Assembly (NCBI GenBank): GCA_030295235.1
Contig: AP026129.1
Span: 310,001 to 374,000 of the forward strand
Source of the DNA: Fistulifera solaris
Lineage: Eukaryota
Direction of reading: 5' to 3'
Length of the DNA stretch: 64,000 nt
The notes beneath the pieces are model-generated. The model was not told where the DNA came from, did not search any database, and worked only from the letters and a program-made list of their open reading frames with translations. The position numbers and the translations under genes were made by a program. Position 1 is the stretch's first letter. Each line of letters starts with the position of its first letter. Of this stretch, positions 17,330-28,627 are shown piece after piece.

Positions 17330-18220
17330 TTGAGCCCTTCGACTTTCGTGAAGATGAGTTCAAATAGCTCTGCTCCAATCCAAGAGGTCGTCGTCAGATT
17401 AGAACAAGGGCAAGTGCAAACGCATCAGCAACCACCAGCAAATATCCCTACCGTCAACGACTCAATAATCAGACGGTGGTGCTGTTCAAACTCAAGCGAA
17501 CAAGTTCTAACTACTGGGATTTCATCTCTCCCGCCGCATTGTATGTCCCAGGGAAAAAGCTAAGTGCCTATACTTCAGATGATGCAGTATGTGCATGGTG
17601 CAAGAAATGCAATTGTGAGGTAACCTTTGGGAAAGGTGATATAAAACCCGTAATCTCGCGACTTGGACTGTTTTCATAAAGAGCACCTTAAAAACCACCA
17701 AGAGGCTTCACAAAAGACCAAAGCTTCTCGCGATACGGTAGTCACGCATCAAACATCGTTGAAAGATTCCTTCGCATCCTCAAAGAAAGCTACAGCTAGT
17801 ATGCCAAAGGCGTCAAAGGCTGACCAGAAGAAAGCCGATGCTTTGTCCCTATTGTGGATCACGTCGTCACTTCGTTCATTCAACGCAATTAATGACTATG
17901 GACTTCGGATGCTATTCGATTTCCTCAACGCTGCTACCACCGCTATCGAAATCCCTGATCGCACAAAACTTTCTACAATGACTGTCGACTTGAACACGAA
18001 AGTTTGCGAGACTGTAAAGCTTCGGTTAGCAAAAGAGATGAAATGGTACTGTATCACCACCGACATCTGGACATCAAGAAACGTAGAAAGTTTCATGGCG
18101 ATTACAATTCACTACCTGAACTCGTCATTTGAGATGCAGAACTTTGTTCTAGAAGGACGAAAATGGCAAACCATCGTCGACGTACAGAACTTCTCACATT
18201 CTCTACGTAGAATCACGTAA
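17330..18220 (+). mobile_element. Truncated hAT-family transposase fragment (BED finger plus first DDE block), antisense inside the copia element
   Basis: SNYWDF...AWCKKC..V......H (BED-like), WITSSLRSFNAINDYGL, YCITTDIWTSRNVESFMAITIHYL. The C-terminal two thirds are absent. Confidence 0.85.
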
Positions 18221-18405
18221 ACACAGTACTTGGGAGTGAACCCTTCTCGCTCGGCAGTGAAGTGAAGTGAGAAGTGAAATTTCTCACGGCAGTGAAGTGG
18301 ACGTCAGCAGTGGAGAAGTCACATGTCTAATCAAGGTAGCTGAACTCGTTATGGCGAGGAAAGAAGAGATGTGTGGTACCGATGAGGATAGTTATGGAAG
18401 TCTTG

Positions 18406-18927
18406 TCACGGGCGAGTATCCAGCATGCACATTGTCAAAGTCCGAGAGTTGAGACGACGAATGGCGCCATCATAGGAGACATTCAACGTCGCTTTGGTCA
18501 CAAGCGGCAAAATCACATTTCGATCCGGAGTGAGCACCGCAGTATCAGCAATCATGTCACAAATAATGGTGCGAATTGCAGGAAGCAAGTCGCCATCGTT
18601 CAAGACACGGGTGGGGTTTGCAGCATGATCAAAAAGAAGTCGATGATCAGGCATCTGGTACGAATGCGTTGTTGAGGTTGACATGAAACTGCGGAGAGGA
18701 CGGGTGGGGCAAAATTTGATCAAAACCTCGTCAATCGTCAGAGAAATCGTGCTGGGTGTTGTTAACCATGGTAAGGAAAACAAAAGCAACGGAAAAGAAA
18801 GAGTAAAAGAAGTCGCGGGAGCGGGAACTGTGTGTCGAAGGAGGACGTCGGAGGGATAGAAAGATCGAACAAATATCGTATGAAAAAACTTCGACACAGT
18901 CGCTCGCGAGTGATGGTAACACTGCAA
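18406..18927 (-). CDS. 5'-most internal ORF of the retroelement (probable gag N-terminus or extra ORF)
   Basis: ORF lies just downstream of the PBS, on the element sense strand. No recognisable domain. Confidence 0.4.
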   Translation of the reverse strand: MQCYHHSRATVSKFFHTIFVRSFYPSDVLLRHTVPAPATSFTLSFPLLLFSLPWLTTPSTISLTIDEVLIKFCPTRPLRSFMSTSTTHSYQMPDHRLLFDHAANPTRVLNDGDLLPAIRTIICDMIADTAVLTPDRNVILPLVTKATLNVSYDGAIRRLNSRTLTMCMLDTRP

Positions 18928-18959
18928 GATATGACTGAGGAAGTAATAAATACGTTACC

Positions 18960-18971
18960 GGCTCAATAACC
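18960..18971 (-). promoter_or_regulatory. Primer-binding site GGTTATTGAGCC (half-tRNAiMet type)
   Basis: Directly abuts the 5' LTR. Resembles the GGTTATGRGCCC PBS of Drosophila copia and yeast Ty5. Confidence 0.7.
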
Positions 18972-19146
18972 TATCGTGGGAAGACTCTAATTGCTATGCA
19001 ATAGTCGTTTACAAGAAGAGTGAGCTCATGGAGAGCTCGTTATTCTACGATCTTATTGAGGAAGTCATTCATTGTGTCTTCCGGTGCCGTTACGTCAAGG
19101 CTAGGGACTGACGGAGTCTTGGATGTAGATAGTCCTCCGGCCGATA
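18972..19146 (-). repeat. 5' LTR (175 bp)
   Basis: Direct repeat of 10773-10948 (TTACGT vs TTCACGT is the only difference seen). Confidence 0.95.
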
Positions 19147-20640
19147 TCGACAGGAATTCTTTTGAAGAAAGCTTCGGCACCTTTGATGAATTTTTAAGTA
19201 AAAGTGACGATATCCACTTGAATGATAGCCGAACTCCCAAGAAAAGCAACAGGACGAGCGAGTGCTACGAAGACTCTATTGTGGACCTCTATCAATCGTT
19301 GGAAAAGTCGATTAGTCCAAACGACGTTTTGCCGCGGTCACCGCCCAAGTACCACGCCAATGATACGCTGGCTCGGAACCTATTTCAAGAAGATATTTCG
19401 TATCCAACACGAACGACGCCGAAAAGTAGCAGCCGAGTCGAACAAAATGAATGTTGTGTTGATGAGTGGTCAGAGTGTCAGCTGAGTCTTAATGAGAACA
19501 GTCTTCGTTCCGCCTTTTCGAGAGATCCCTTTGCAGCTTTGAATTTCCCCTCACTTGGAAGCTCGGAGCTGCCGCCAGAGTTCCGTCCGTTCAAGACATC
19601 ACTTGTAGCATCGCAACGGAACGTCGAAAGAAAGCCTACAATGAAGAAGAAACCATTAAAGGATTGTCCTGCGGCCGGCAATATGAAACCTCCACAAGTG
19701 TTCGACCGAACACATCGAAAGGTCATTGTTTCGAGTCCTTTACAGTCGGGGTACGATCATCCTAGAAAATCCACATCGTCAGGTAGAGTCATCGGCTTTC
19801 CGAAGGCTCCAGGTTTACCAGTGGGAACCGTCAATTTAAAGCGAATTCGATCGAACTTGTCCACAAATAGCGGCATCACCTTTGAAGATACTACCACGGC
19901 CACTGGAGGTGCTTCCATCACCCCTTTCTGTGACGACGCCTTGTTGGATCATGTTTCGTGTTACTTTATTCAACTTGGCCATGATGTTACTGAACTCCGC
20001 AATCGCGTCAATGCGGAAATGGACAAGATTGGTACGACTGTAGGAACGACCATTACGCAATACTCTCAACGTGCTTCCGTCGGCCTGGGTGATATTGGAA
20101 ATTCAATGTCACAAACTTGGGAGCATGCTAACCAAGCAATTTCTTCCTCCATCAAACCTCATGACCGAAGTGGGAAAGGATGAATCTCAAATATGCCTTT
20201 CAAAAACACATTACGTTCGACATCATTAGCATAAACTGAAAAACTACGAATACTAAGGAGTCGCTGTAATATTATCAAATCCCGCAGCACTTCTTTTGTT
20301 ACCAACTAGATTAGCTATAGTTCATCAAAATCGCAAAGCCTTAGCGTTTCCCAAAGACTCCGTACCAGGTACCGGTACCAATACAAGTACCCGGTACTTG
20401 TAGTAGTCTTTAGGCTTTTCCATTCGATCAATCGATACCGGTCCGCGATAGCTACTCTAAGTCTTGGTGTGAAGATGGCTTTGAATATTATTATCTTAAA
20501 AACGTGCTCTTTGGGCGTCGCGTTCAAGGGAGGTTGTCGCGCGTTTGCCGAAAATCACAACCATGAGAAATACAAACCATTCAATCGTTTTCATAAGACC
20601 GCTATTTTCTTGTCATCTTGCGTAAGCTGCAATTGCACAA

Positions 20641-21777
20641 ATGACCACAAATAAGCACGTTCGACCAAAAAGAGGGATTCGTCGGTAACCGCACCGACGA
20701 GTTCCGATAGCGTCTCAACAGAACAATCATCAGTTAAAGGAATTTTGAAAAAGTCGTCCAAATATTCGTCTTCTGGGGTTCGAAATAATGGAGTTTTGGC
20801 CGATGAGAATGCACCGGACTTATTACAAGCTCCACATCCCGAATTTTTGTCTAACAGGGCTACAATCGTACAAGATTTTGTCGTCGAAAGGCCGCGGCAA
20901 CCGCGCACAAAAAAAGAAAGCAGAAAAATCAGAGAAAGTGGAGGAGCCTATTTTGTCGTTCAACTCAATCGGTGATTTAATGGAAGCGGCTGGATCGAAA
21001 TTACCGCCGCAACTTATAGAAGAGGGAGCCGTGGTCGAGGCGGGCCTGGAGTTTTCATGCTGCGACCCGGTCGAATATCATGAGGAAACACGCGACGAGC
21101 AATATCGCGTATTTCTCGGTTTGCAGGATGACGAAGAAGAAAAGCAAGTCAACAACAAAGAAAACACAGATAGCTGGGATATTATGGACGACGACAATGA
21201 CGATGAAGAGAGTGCCGTTGAGGCACGGCAGTTTGCACGAGAGCTTTTGGAGGAGGAGAAGAACGGCCCTAACTACGAAGCGGACGACTATTATAGTGAC
21301 TCTGGTGAGGAAGAGGAATGCGAAACTCAACCAAAACCGTTTTTGATATTATGGAAAGCATTGGCACAGTGGGTAAGCCCCGAAGCAGTGGCTTATGTGA
21401 AGCAAATTCGTAATAGCTTGTCGGAGGCACCTGTAACCGAGCGAACGACCACGGTGAGCGATATTGAAGCCTCTCGCTGCTCCGGACTGTGGTCGACACT
21501 GCAAATGCATGTTCAGTCTTGTTGGAACTCGTTAGACGAAACAAGAGAAGAGTGCCAGACTAGCCAGCAACGATTGATTTGCTTGCTCCAGTTACTGGAC
21601 TATCAGCACCCCACCCCTTCCTTGTCCATAGTTCTGATAAAAGCCTTGACGTGCGTTTTACTTGATACCGTTGCCTTCTCGGGCTCGGCATTACCAGAAC
21701 CATGCGAACGCGCTGGTTTGCAAGAAGAAGAGTATCGCTATTTGGTTCGACAAGCTTTTCTTTCGTTTTCTGATTGA
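20641..21777 (+). CDS. Hypothetical acidic protein; C-terminus weakly reminiscent of the RPAP2/Rtr1 C-terminal region
   Basis: Long acidic ORF with LWKALAQWVSPEAVAY and EEEYRYL. N-terminus frameshifted. Confidence 0.45.
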
Positions 21778-22521
21778 TAGAGATGTAATTCACTCTTCAT
21801 TGAATTACTTAAAAATAAAAAAGGATTATCAATTTTTGTTACCTTATATACATGTACCGAGCCTATCACATCATTGTATGACCTGCGGAAGGACGGTGCT
21901 GGTTGCGTCCCATGGAACCAAGCACTCTTGAAAAGACAGGATCGAAAGGGCGAGGCAGCCTATTGCATCATAGATCACATATAGCACTTGAAATTTCAAT
22001 TCAAGACAAAAGCTTCTGCACCTTTTAGCTTTCAGTCAGAAACCCGGATAGAGTTGTTTAAGTAATAGCCCTAGCTCTAAAGCGAAGATCAAGAATGGGC
22101 TGTGGTTGTGGTTGGATGCCATTTTCAAAACCGTTTCGAGTCGTGTACATCGACGGACGGCAAAAATGATGTCGCAGCGCGCATGTCTAGAGTCATCCGT
22201 ACTATTGGATTTATAGTTCAAGTCACGCCGAAAACCATCGGCATGACCAAAAATGGGGGAGATCGTACGCTGATCAACACGAAGGAAGCATATCTCGTGC
22301 CGGCGATAAAAAGTGAACACGACGCGAAAAAAGACACTTGCAAAGAAGAAATCGTGTTCGATAAAGCAGTTTCAATCGCAACGCTTTAACTCTAAGTGTC
22401 AATCGACTAGATTAATCGGAAACGTTTAAGTCGCTTAGCGCTTTCTTTGCAAGCATCATCTATTATTTGAAAAAAGACCTCTCTCAGCCAACAACTCGCT
22501 CATCGATCTATCTTGACAACC

Positions 22522-24827
22522 ATGTACGGAAATCATCCGTTGAGAAACGTCGCTCATATTCATGCTCACGACGTATTGTGTGGAAGGTACGTTCGAATCA
22601 AAAGTGAATTACCAGCGCAGAGGTCCCTCGCTCTAATGAATCGATCTCTTTTATCTCATCAGAGGGGGAGGAACAAATGCACACGTCGGAAATGCTCACT
22701 GGAGGATGCTGGTAGCTGCAAACAAGGAACTGTATGTCTCGTTACCGAAAAAGCAGAAGATGCTGTTAAGCAAGTCGATTGTGAACGCTGTACGTAGTCA
22801 AAATCCACCGGGACGATTTTTGCAAAAAGATAATAAAACGAACCTATGGTACGATGTAGGTGATCAACGTGCGCAAGAAAAAAACATCACAGGCATTGCG
22901 GGAGGGTGCACCGGTGATTCGATCGAAAAACAACAAAGAAAGCGGGTCAGACGAGGACGACGATGACGACGAACAGTCTGTGTCTCCGGAGAAAAGCCAG
23001 GCACTAACAGATGAAAAAAGTCCGAAAGTAGCACGAGTGCACTCCGGAAATATACCCGTTACTTCTCCTGTTATTCCGGTTCAACAATACTCAACACAAA
23101 TGATGCCTTCTGGTCCGCCTGTTTACATGAATCCAGCAAGCAGCATGGGAATGATATACACTCCGCAACCGCCTCAGTATCCGTTTCCTTCTCCTCACTC
23201 GATCAATCCACTTCCACCGCATGGTGCCCCGCCTGTCTATGCGCCCAATCATCCGGCAGGTCCGTATCCTCCTATCATTTTGAATCCACATGGTATGCCG
23301 CATGGAATGGTCGCTATACCAGCTCCCGTCCCAGCTCAAGGACCGGTTCCGGATCGTAACCGAAAACCGAAGAGTCCGACGAAGAAGAAAAGACAAGGAA
23401 GGTGGCAGCGGCGACGACAAAGAGACAGAAGCGAAAAATTCATCGAAAGCCAACTCACCTCAACAAGAGTCGCATCCTCCTCCGTCGCATCCGTCGTCTC
23501 AGCAGAGTCGATCGAGTCACAACAATAATAGGACCGTTGAGCCAATTTCTTACGTTCAACTAGACCCACGATATCCACAACAAAAGCAGTACGAAAACAC
23601 TCAAGAACAAAGCGTTTTTTATGAAGGAGAACAATCAAAACCAATGCCACCAGCAATATTGGAGGATCAAGTTGGCTGCAGTTTCGGCTCCATTGCCATG
23701 TCCGAGGTAGAGCATGCTCGCTTATTGGATGGATCCGTTTCAGCGTACAATCAAGGAGGGATGCCGCAGCAGCATTATAACGGAGCAATGAATCATTACA
23801 ATCAGATACAACAGCAGCAACACTATGAAAATTATCAATCATCATACCCGGGTCAAGTGCACCAGTACCGACAAGATTCGTATTCATCTCAACCTCCACC
23901 ACGGCCACCTCGACAGCAACAGCAACAGCAGGAGACGCCGTCTCAATCTATAATGCGCAACGAATACAGGAACGGTAGCGAGATCAGCGATCTGGCTCCG
24001 TTACCAGTGGATGGTGGCTTGGATGGTGGTGTTGGCTTTTCATTCGGATCCATTATGAGTTTAGAGGCACCGAAATTGGATGGCGGTGTTGGGTTATCGT
24101 TTGGATCTGCCATGTCGTATTCTATGCGAGGAGATATTGCGCCACCGGACGGGGGTTTGGAAGCCATTGGAACCAGTTTTGGTAGCATGTCATTGATGGA
24201 AAGTAGACCGCAGCCAGTGGATGGAGGCCTAGACGGAGTTGGGACCAGTTTTGGATCATTTTCGTTGTCACAAGACAGAGACAAGTTGGTCGAAGTACCC
24301 CCGCAAGTTGCGAACGAAGATGAGGCAGCTCTCTGTGCGCAGCCGCCATCGTTCCGTCAGCAAAAGTCGAAAGGCAGCTTGCTCGAATGCAGTGATACTG
24401 ACTCCGACGACGAAGCGTCAGGGAGCGCTAGAAGTGCACGAAAATCTGAGGACTGGCAGAAATTGCAAGACACGTGGGCAGCCCAAAAATACCCCATGCC
24501 TCTCATATACCTCCGAGTTTGGGTCCAGGTAGCTCATCACAGAAGCAAAGCTATTATGAAGTTCCTCGTCACGTTCCTGCTACCCATTTAGGTCGTGACT
24601 TTTCTCAAATGTCAGCGATCAGCGTAGGCGATTTCAACGAGAACGATCATTACCAGGTTATGCCCACAGCAGGCTATCCAAACGGAGATAACTCTTATCC
24701 GAGCAGTAGCCCGCAGAATGATATGAACGCGATGCCCCCACCTCCACCGGCTGTGCGAAAGCATGACGATGATGATCTTTGGAGAAGCGAAGGGGATCAA
24801 TACCAACAAGCATTTGGCGGTTCGTAA
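22522..24827 (+). CDS. DUF6824-domain protein with Pro/Gln-rich tail
   Basis: DVLCGRGGGTNAHVGNAHWRMLV...IVNAVRSQNPPGRFL..WYDVGD..A.EKTSQALRE. Intron 22587-22662. Frameshifts downstream. Confidence 0.85.
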
Positions 24828-25081
24828 CGGTGTATAAGTTTGTATTTTAACATTAGTCACCCATTCTAGATTGTTCTGCTGTCAACTGACTACTCGAATC
24901 TACTGTGGGTATCAAAAGACCCTGAGAGTGAAGCTCGTTTTTGAAGGTGACGTTTAGTTTCTCGACACTAACGAAGTCTGTCCACCAACCGGAACCATCT
25001 AGAAAAACGATGCCATCGCGTTGAAAATGTGATGAATGTTCCTTTACCAGGTACGACGATGTTTCCATCATAGTTTTCACC

Positions 25082-26965
25082 ATGAAGGTATGCTCTTCCT
25101 CGACAAAAAGACCCATTTTACACAGTATCGTTACATTGTTGATGATACAATTCGATTATAGTCGGCGTTGTTTGTCGTTTGTAAGACCTTTGTATCAACA
25201 ACAACACGTTCGCTTACTTTCACAACAAATCAACCCAACTCTGGAATGGAAAGGTGCAGCACACTCTACTTCTGGTTTCGTATCGCATGTTCTGGTCGAA
25301 GAAGAAGGCTCTACATCTTTCGAGCAAGTGTCTCGAGTCTTGACCGCGCGAAAACATGCCAACGATACGGTCACCGACTTGAATGCTCTTGAATTAATGA
25401 GGCTCGGTGCTGTGTGGTTCTTGCCCTTCGATGCTCCACGTGATCCATCGAAGGGAATCAAACCAGTGCGCCTTTTTGAGAACCGTGATCTTCAACCTGG
25501 GGACTATTTAAGAGTCCACCATAATCCAAGGAGATTTCCCGCTGTCAAAAAGTATGATTGGTCGGCATTTAAATCGTATGCTTCATCGGATAAACCAGGG
25601 ATCATCGTCGCCCGGAACGCTACCAAGGGGTGGATGGTTATTGACAAACCACCAAACGTTCCAGTTCACATGACAGTGGACAATAGTCGCGAGAATGTAG
25701 CGTCCTGTCTAGAGGAAGTCCTACGCTCCTATGTGACGACACCCCAGCGACTAGATCAAAATACGTCGGGATTGTTGGTGGTGTCCACTTCGAAAGTGTT
25801 TGCAAATTATTACGCCGATCTTCTGAGACACAAAACAGCGCTACAGCTAGAAGTGAATCAAACACAGGAAACCGAGCATTTTCGTGATTATATACATAAG
25901 AAATATCGGTGTCTAGTTTGTTTACAAGAAGATGATGACAGATCCATCTTGGAAGCTGCGCGTGAACTACAACAGCTTCGTGGTTCCATCATACGTCATT
26001 ATTTGGAACCTTCGATTCGAGCACCCAAGCATTTTGTGGCAGAAACATTCGATTCTGCATGGTTGGAATGCTTACTCCGCATAACTGGCACCAGTGATGT
26101 GTATGCCCTAGTCGGTCATGGACAGGAACTAGCCAACAATCTGTGGAGTTGTCCTGCAGAAGACCGACCGCCATCATGTCAGGCAGTCATGGAATTGGAG
26201 ATTGAGTTGCTAACAGGGCGGACGCATCAAGTGCGTGGTCAGTTGTCAGCCATGGGCTTTCCGATCGTTGGTGATACGCAGTATGGTGGTGCCATTCCGC
26301 AAAGCGTACCATCACGTTCCTCCGATGGTGTTGATTTCCAAGATTCCGCCCAGTTGGCTTTGCAATGCTGTGCCCTCGAGTTCGCAGACCCAGATATTGT
26401 CGAAAAGAGCGATGGTACAGAAAGCATGAGACGATCACAGCGTTGGAACTCGTTCGGACTGGATACGGCATGGTGGACTCCGTTTCTCCGCGCGTATGAT
26501 TCTAATCCAAAAGCGGACGGCAAAAGTCAAACGGACGTTGCTACAAACCTGGAAGAAGAGAACAAGCTACGGGTACGTTCAGTGCAAACAAGAAAGCTCC
26601 CACGACCCGACTTGTTGCCTCCACGCGTTTCACTTTCTAAGGGTGTGAACAAGTATGTTCTCATTCGAGCCACTCATCCACTCACTGACTCTGTCGAATG
26701 GTTCGTAAAGAGTGCGGCACCGTTCGAATGTGGCGGTCCTTACCACGGAAATGTGGCCCAAGACTTAGGAGAATGGATTGCAGCTGCCGGGTACAAGGCC
26801 GAAGTAACCGGAGGCGGACGTATTGATTATGACGGCTCAAAAGCTGTCGTGTACGGATTCAGTTACGGCTTTGGGAAAGGGGATCATGCGAAAGCGGTTG
26901 AACTGATTCGAAAATATCAGCCAGAAATTGATGCAACGTTTGACAATACCGATGGTCTGTATTGA
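25082..26965 (+). CDS. RluA-family pseudouridine synthase fused to a C-terminal Janus/ocnus (PHPT1-like) domain
   Basis: IDKPPNVPVH, QRLDQNTSGL, LLTGRTHQVRGQLSAMGFPIVGDTQYG; then KYVLI, YHGNV, GGGRI, VYGFSYGFGKGDH. Confidence 0.88.
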   Translation: MKVCSSSTKRPILHSIVTLLMIQFDYSRRCLSFVRPLYQQQHVRLLSQQINPTLEWKGAAHSTSGFVSHVLVEEEGSTSFEQVSRVLTARKHANDTVTDLNALELMRLGAVWFLPFDAPRDPSKGIKPVRLFENRDLQPGDYLRVHHNPRRFPAVKKYDWSAFKSYASSDKPGIIVARNATKGWMVIDKPPNVPVHMTVDNSRENVASCLEEVLRSYVTTPQRLDQNTSGLLVVSTSKVFANYYADLLRHKTALQLEVNQTQETEHFRDYIHKKYRCLVCLQEDDDRSILEAARELQQLRGSIIRHYLEPSIRAPKHFVAETFDSAWLECLLRITGTSDVYALVGHGQELANNLWSCPAEDRPPSCQAVMELEIELLTGRTHQVRGQLSAMGFPIVGDTQYGGAIPQSVPSRSSDGVDFQDSAQLALQCCALEFADPDIVEKSDGTESMRRSQRWNSFGLDTAWWTPFLRAYDSNPKADGKSQTDVATNLEEENKLRVRSVQTRKLPRPDLLPPRVSLSKGVNKYVLIRATHPLTDSVEWFVKSAAPFECGGPYHGNVAQDLGEWIAAAGYKAEVTGGGRIDYDGSKAVVYGFSYGFGKGDHAKAVELIRKYQPEIDATFDNTDGLY

Positions 26966-27203
26966 TCTTCTAAAATACGATGATGATATACATTCGTTTC
27001 AACAATGAGTTCAAACAAAAAGTCATGGATCAGCTTGTTGAAGAGCGAGAAAGTACCTGGTAGCGTCGTAAAAATTGTTTATGCCAAACTATATAGCACA
27101 ACTCACGATTCAGTCGCGAAATGACACCAGATTTGACTGTGTGACCGTATGTACCATGTGGCGGCAAGATTGTCATCCGCGACACAAAAGATCTTCGCAC
27201 AGG

Positions 27204-27366
27204 GAGACACGGGAACGCACCTCTGCTTGGTATATTTCTCTACGGGGGCCTACGCGAAAGTACGGTACACAATTTCCCGCACCGTCCAGGAAGGTGCGGG
27301 AAAAGTGTACATTCACGTAAACCCCCGTAGAGATATGTACGGAGCAGAGGTGCGTTCCCGTGTCTC
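27204..27366. repeat. ~165-nt imperfect foldback (MITE-like)
   Basis: 24-bp perfect outer arms (27204-27227 / 27343-27366), with inner arms CTCTACGGGGG/CCCCCGTAGAG and TTTCCCGCACC/GGTGCGGGAAA. Confidence 0.9.
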
Positions 27367-27516
27367 TCAGTACCTGGTACAAGTACCAGTAAAAGTCGTC
27401 TTCCCTTTCTCTCCGAATCTTTTCGAACAACAAGTCAATAATATTATTTCACACAAATTGATTGATATCATCTCAAAGACAAACAGAGACTCTAGAGAGA
27501 GAGAGATAAAAGCAAG

Positions 27517-28627
27517 ATGCAGTTGAATCAGCGCATTCCGTGGAAAGACTCGAATCTGTCTCTGATTGGCAGTGATCTCGATCACAAAATCAAAGAAGCC
27601 GCGGCGGACGACGAGACTCAATGGGAGGGAATCGGTGTAGAACCCGGTTTGCAGGTGTGGCGAATCGAAGATTTCAAAATTGTACCATGGGATAAACCAG
27701 GCAAATTCTATACCGGGGACTCGTACATTGTTTTGAATACCTATCAACGAAACAACAAACTGCTGCACGATGTTCACATTTGGATCGGAAGTGAATCTTC
27801 GCAAGACGAGTACGGCACCGCTGCTTACAAAATGGTCGAATGTGATGAAGTATTAGGAGGCGGAGCAGTTCAGCATCGCGAGACGCAGGGTCATGAGAGT
27901 TCCTTGTTTCAGAGTTACTTTGATGACAAACTGGAATATTGGACGGGTGGTTCGGCCTCGGGGTTTCATCACGTCGAAGCCACCGATGAGCAACCTATTC
28001 TTTACCGTGTCAAAGGAACTCAAAAGGGTCTTCGCATGACACAGTTGCCGCTGAAGAAAGGCTCGTTGAATCACGGAGATTCCTTCATTTTGTATGCGAG
28101 TACTAGCTCTGTCTGGATCTGGCACGGTAAGTCGGCCAATCCAGATGAAAAAAGCAAAGGCGGGCACTCTTGGAGAAAAGATGTGCACGCATGGGACTGC
28201 GGTCGTATTAGACGACGGCGATGACGACGACGCTACTAATTTCTGGAAGTATCTCGGTTCGGGCGAAATTTCTGAAGCTGATGATAAGGATCACACGGTG
28301 GAGAGCTTTGTCCCTGTCCTCTACAGACTCCACCAAGGCGGAGAACCGGAACAGGTATCAAAAGCAGCCGCTCAAGTAAAAATTCGTTTTGGAAAAGCCG
28401 ATCCACCCATTGATAAGAATCTGCTGGTAGAGGATGAAATGCTTTTGCTGGATGCTGGCTGGGAATTGTTTCTCTGGATGGGAAAAGACGTGCAGCGAAC
28501 TGAGAAATTGCAAGCAATCGCACAAGCCGAGGATTTCAGCAAGAAGGATGCCCGAACGATGAATCTGCCATTGACTCTAGTTAAGTCTGGGTGGGAAAGT
28601 AGCGATTTCATGTGCCATTTTGGGTAA
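27517..28627 (+). CDS. Gelsolin/severin-like actin-binding protein (3 domains)
   Basis: GLQVWRIEDF, FYTGDSYIVL, WIGSESSQDEYGTAA, QHRETQGHES, LNHGDSFIL. One frameshift at ~28160. Confidence 0.93.

Larger units (their letters stand above)
10773..19146 (-). mobile_element. Full-length Ty1/copia LTR retrotransposon (CoDi-like)
   Basis: Two LTRs identical except one indel. 5-bp TSD TCGAC at 10768-10772 and 19147-19151. PPT and PBS present. Copia order gag-PR-IN-RT-RH on the minus strand. Confidence 0.97.
9839..20183 (+). pseudogene. J-domain (DnaJ-like) gene split by the retrotransposon (5' part ~9839-10772, 3' part 19147-20183)
   Basis: LY..LKINSGATDRQIRIAYFR...RQFEAISLAYEILS is J-domain-like, but no HPD is visible. 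Low-complexity ORFs lie on both sides of the TSD. The 5' half is frameshifted and the start is uncertain. Confidence 0.55.

Noticed and set aside
17057..18228. Transib/RAG-like element from the TACTGTG...CACAGTA ends
   Set aside because: Only 7 bp, orientation and sequence differ from an RSS, no nonamer or TSD, and the encoded fragment is hAT-type.
19020..19146. LTR-derived N-terminus fused to the host ORF
   Set aside because: It starts at GTG, is antisense to the element, and depends on the single indel that distinguishes the two LTRs.
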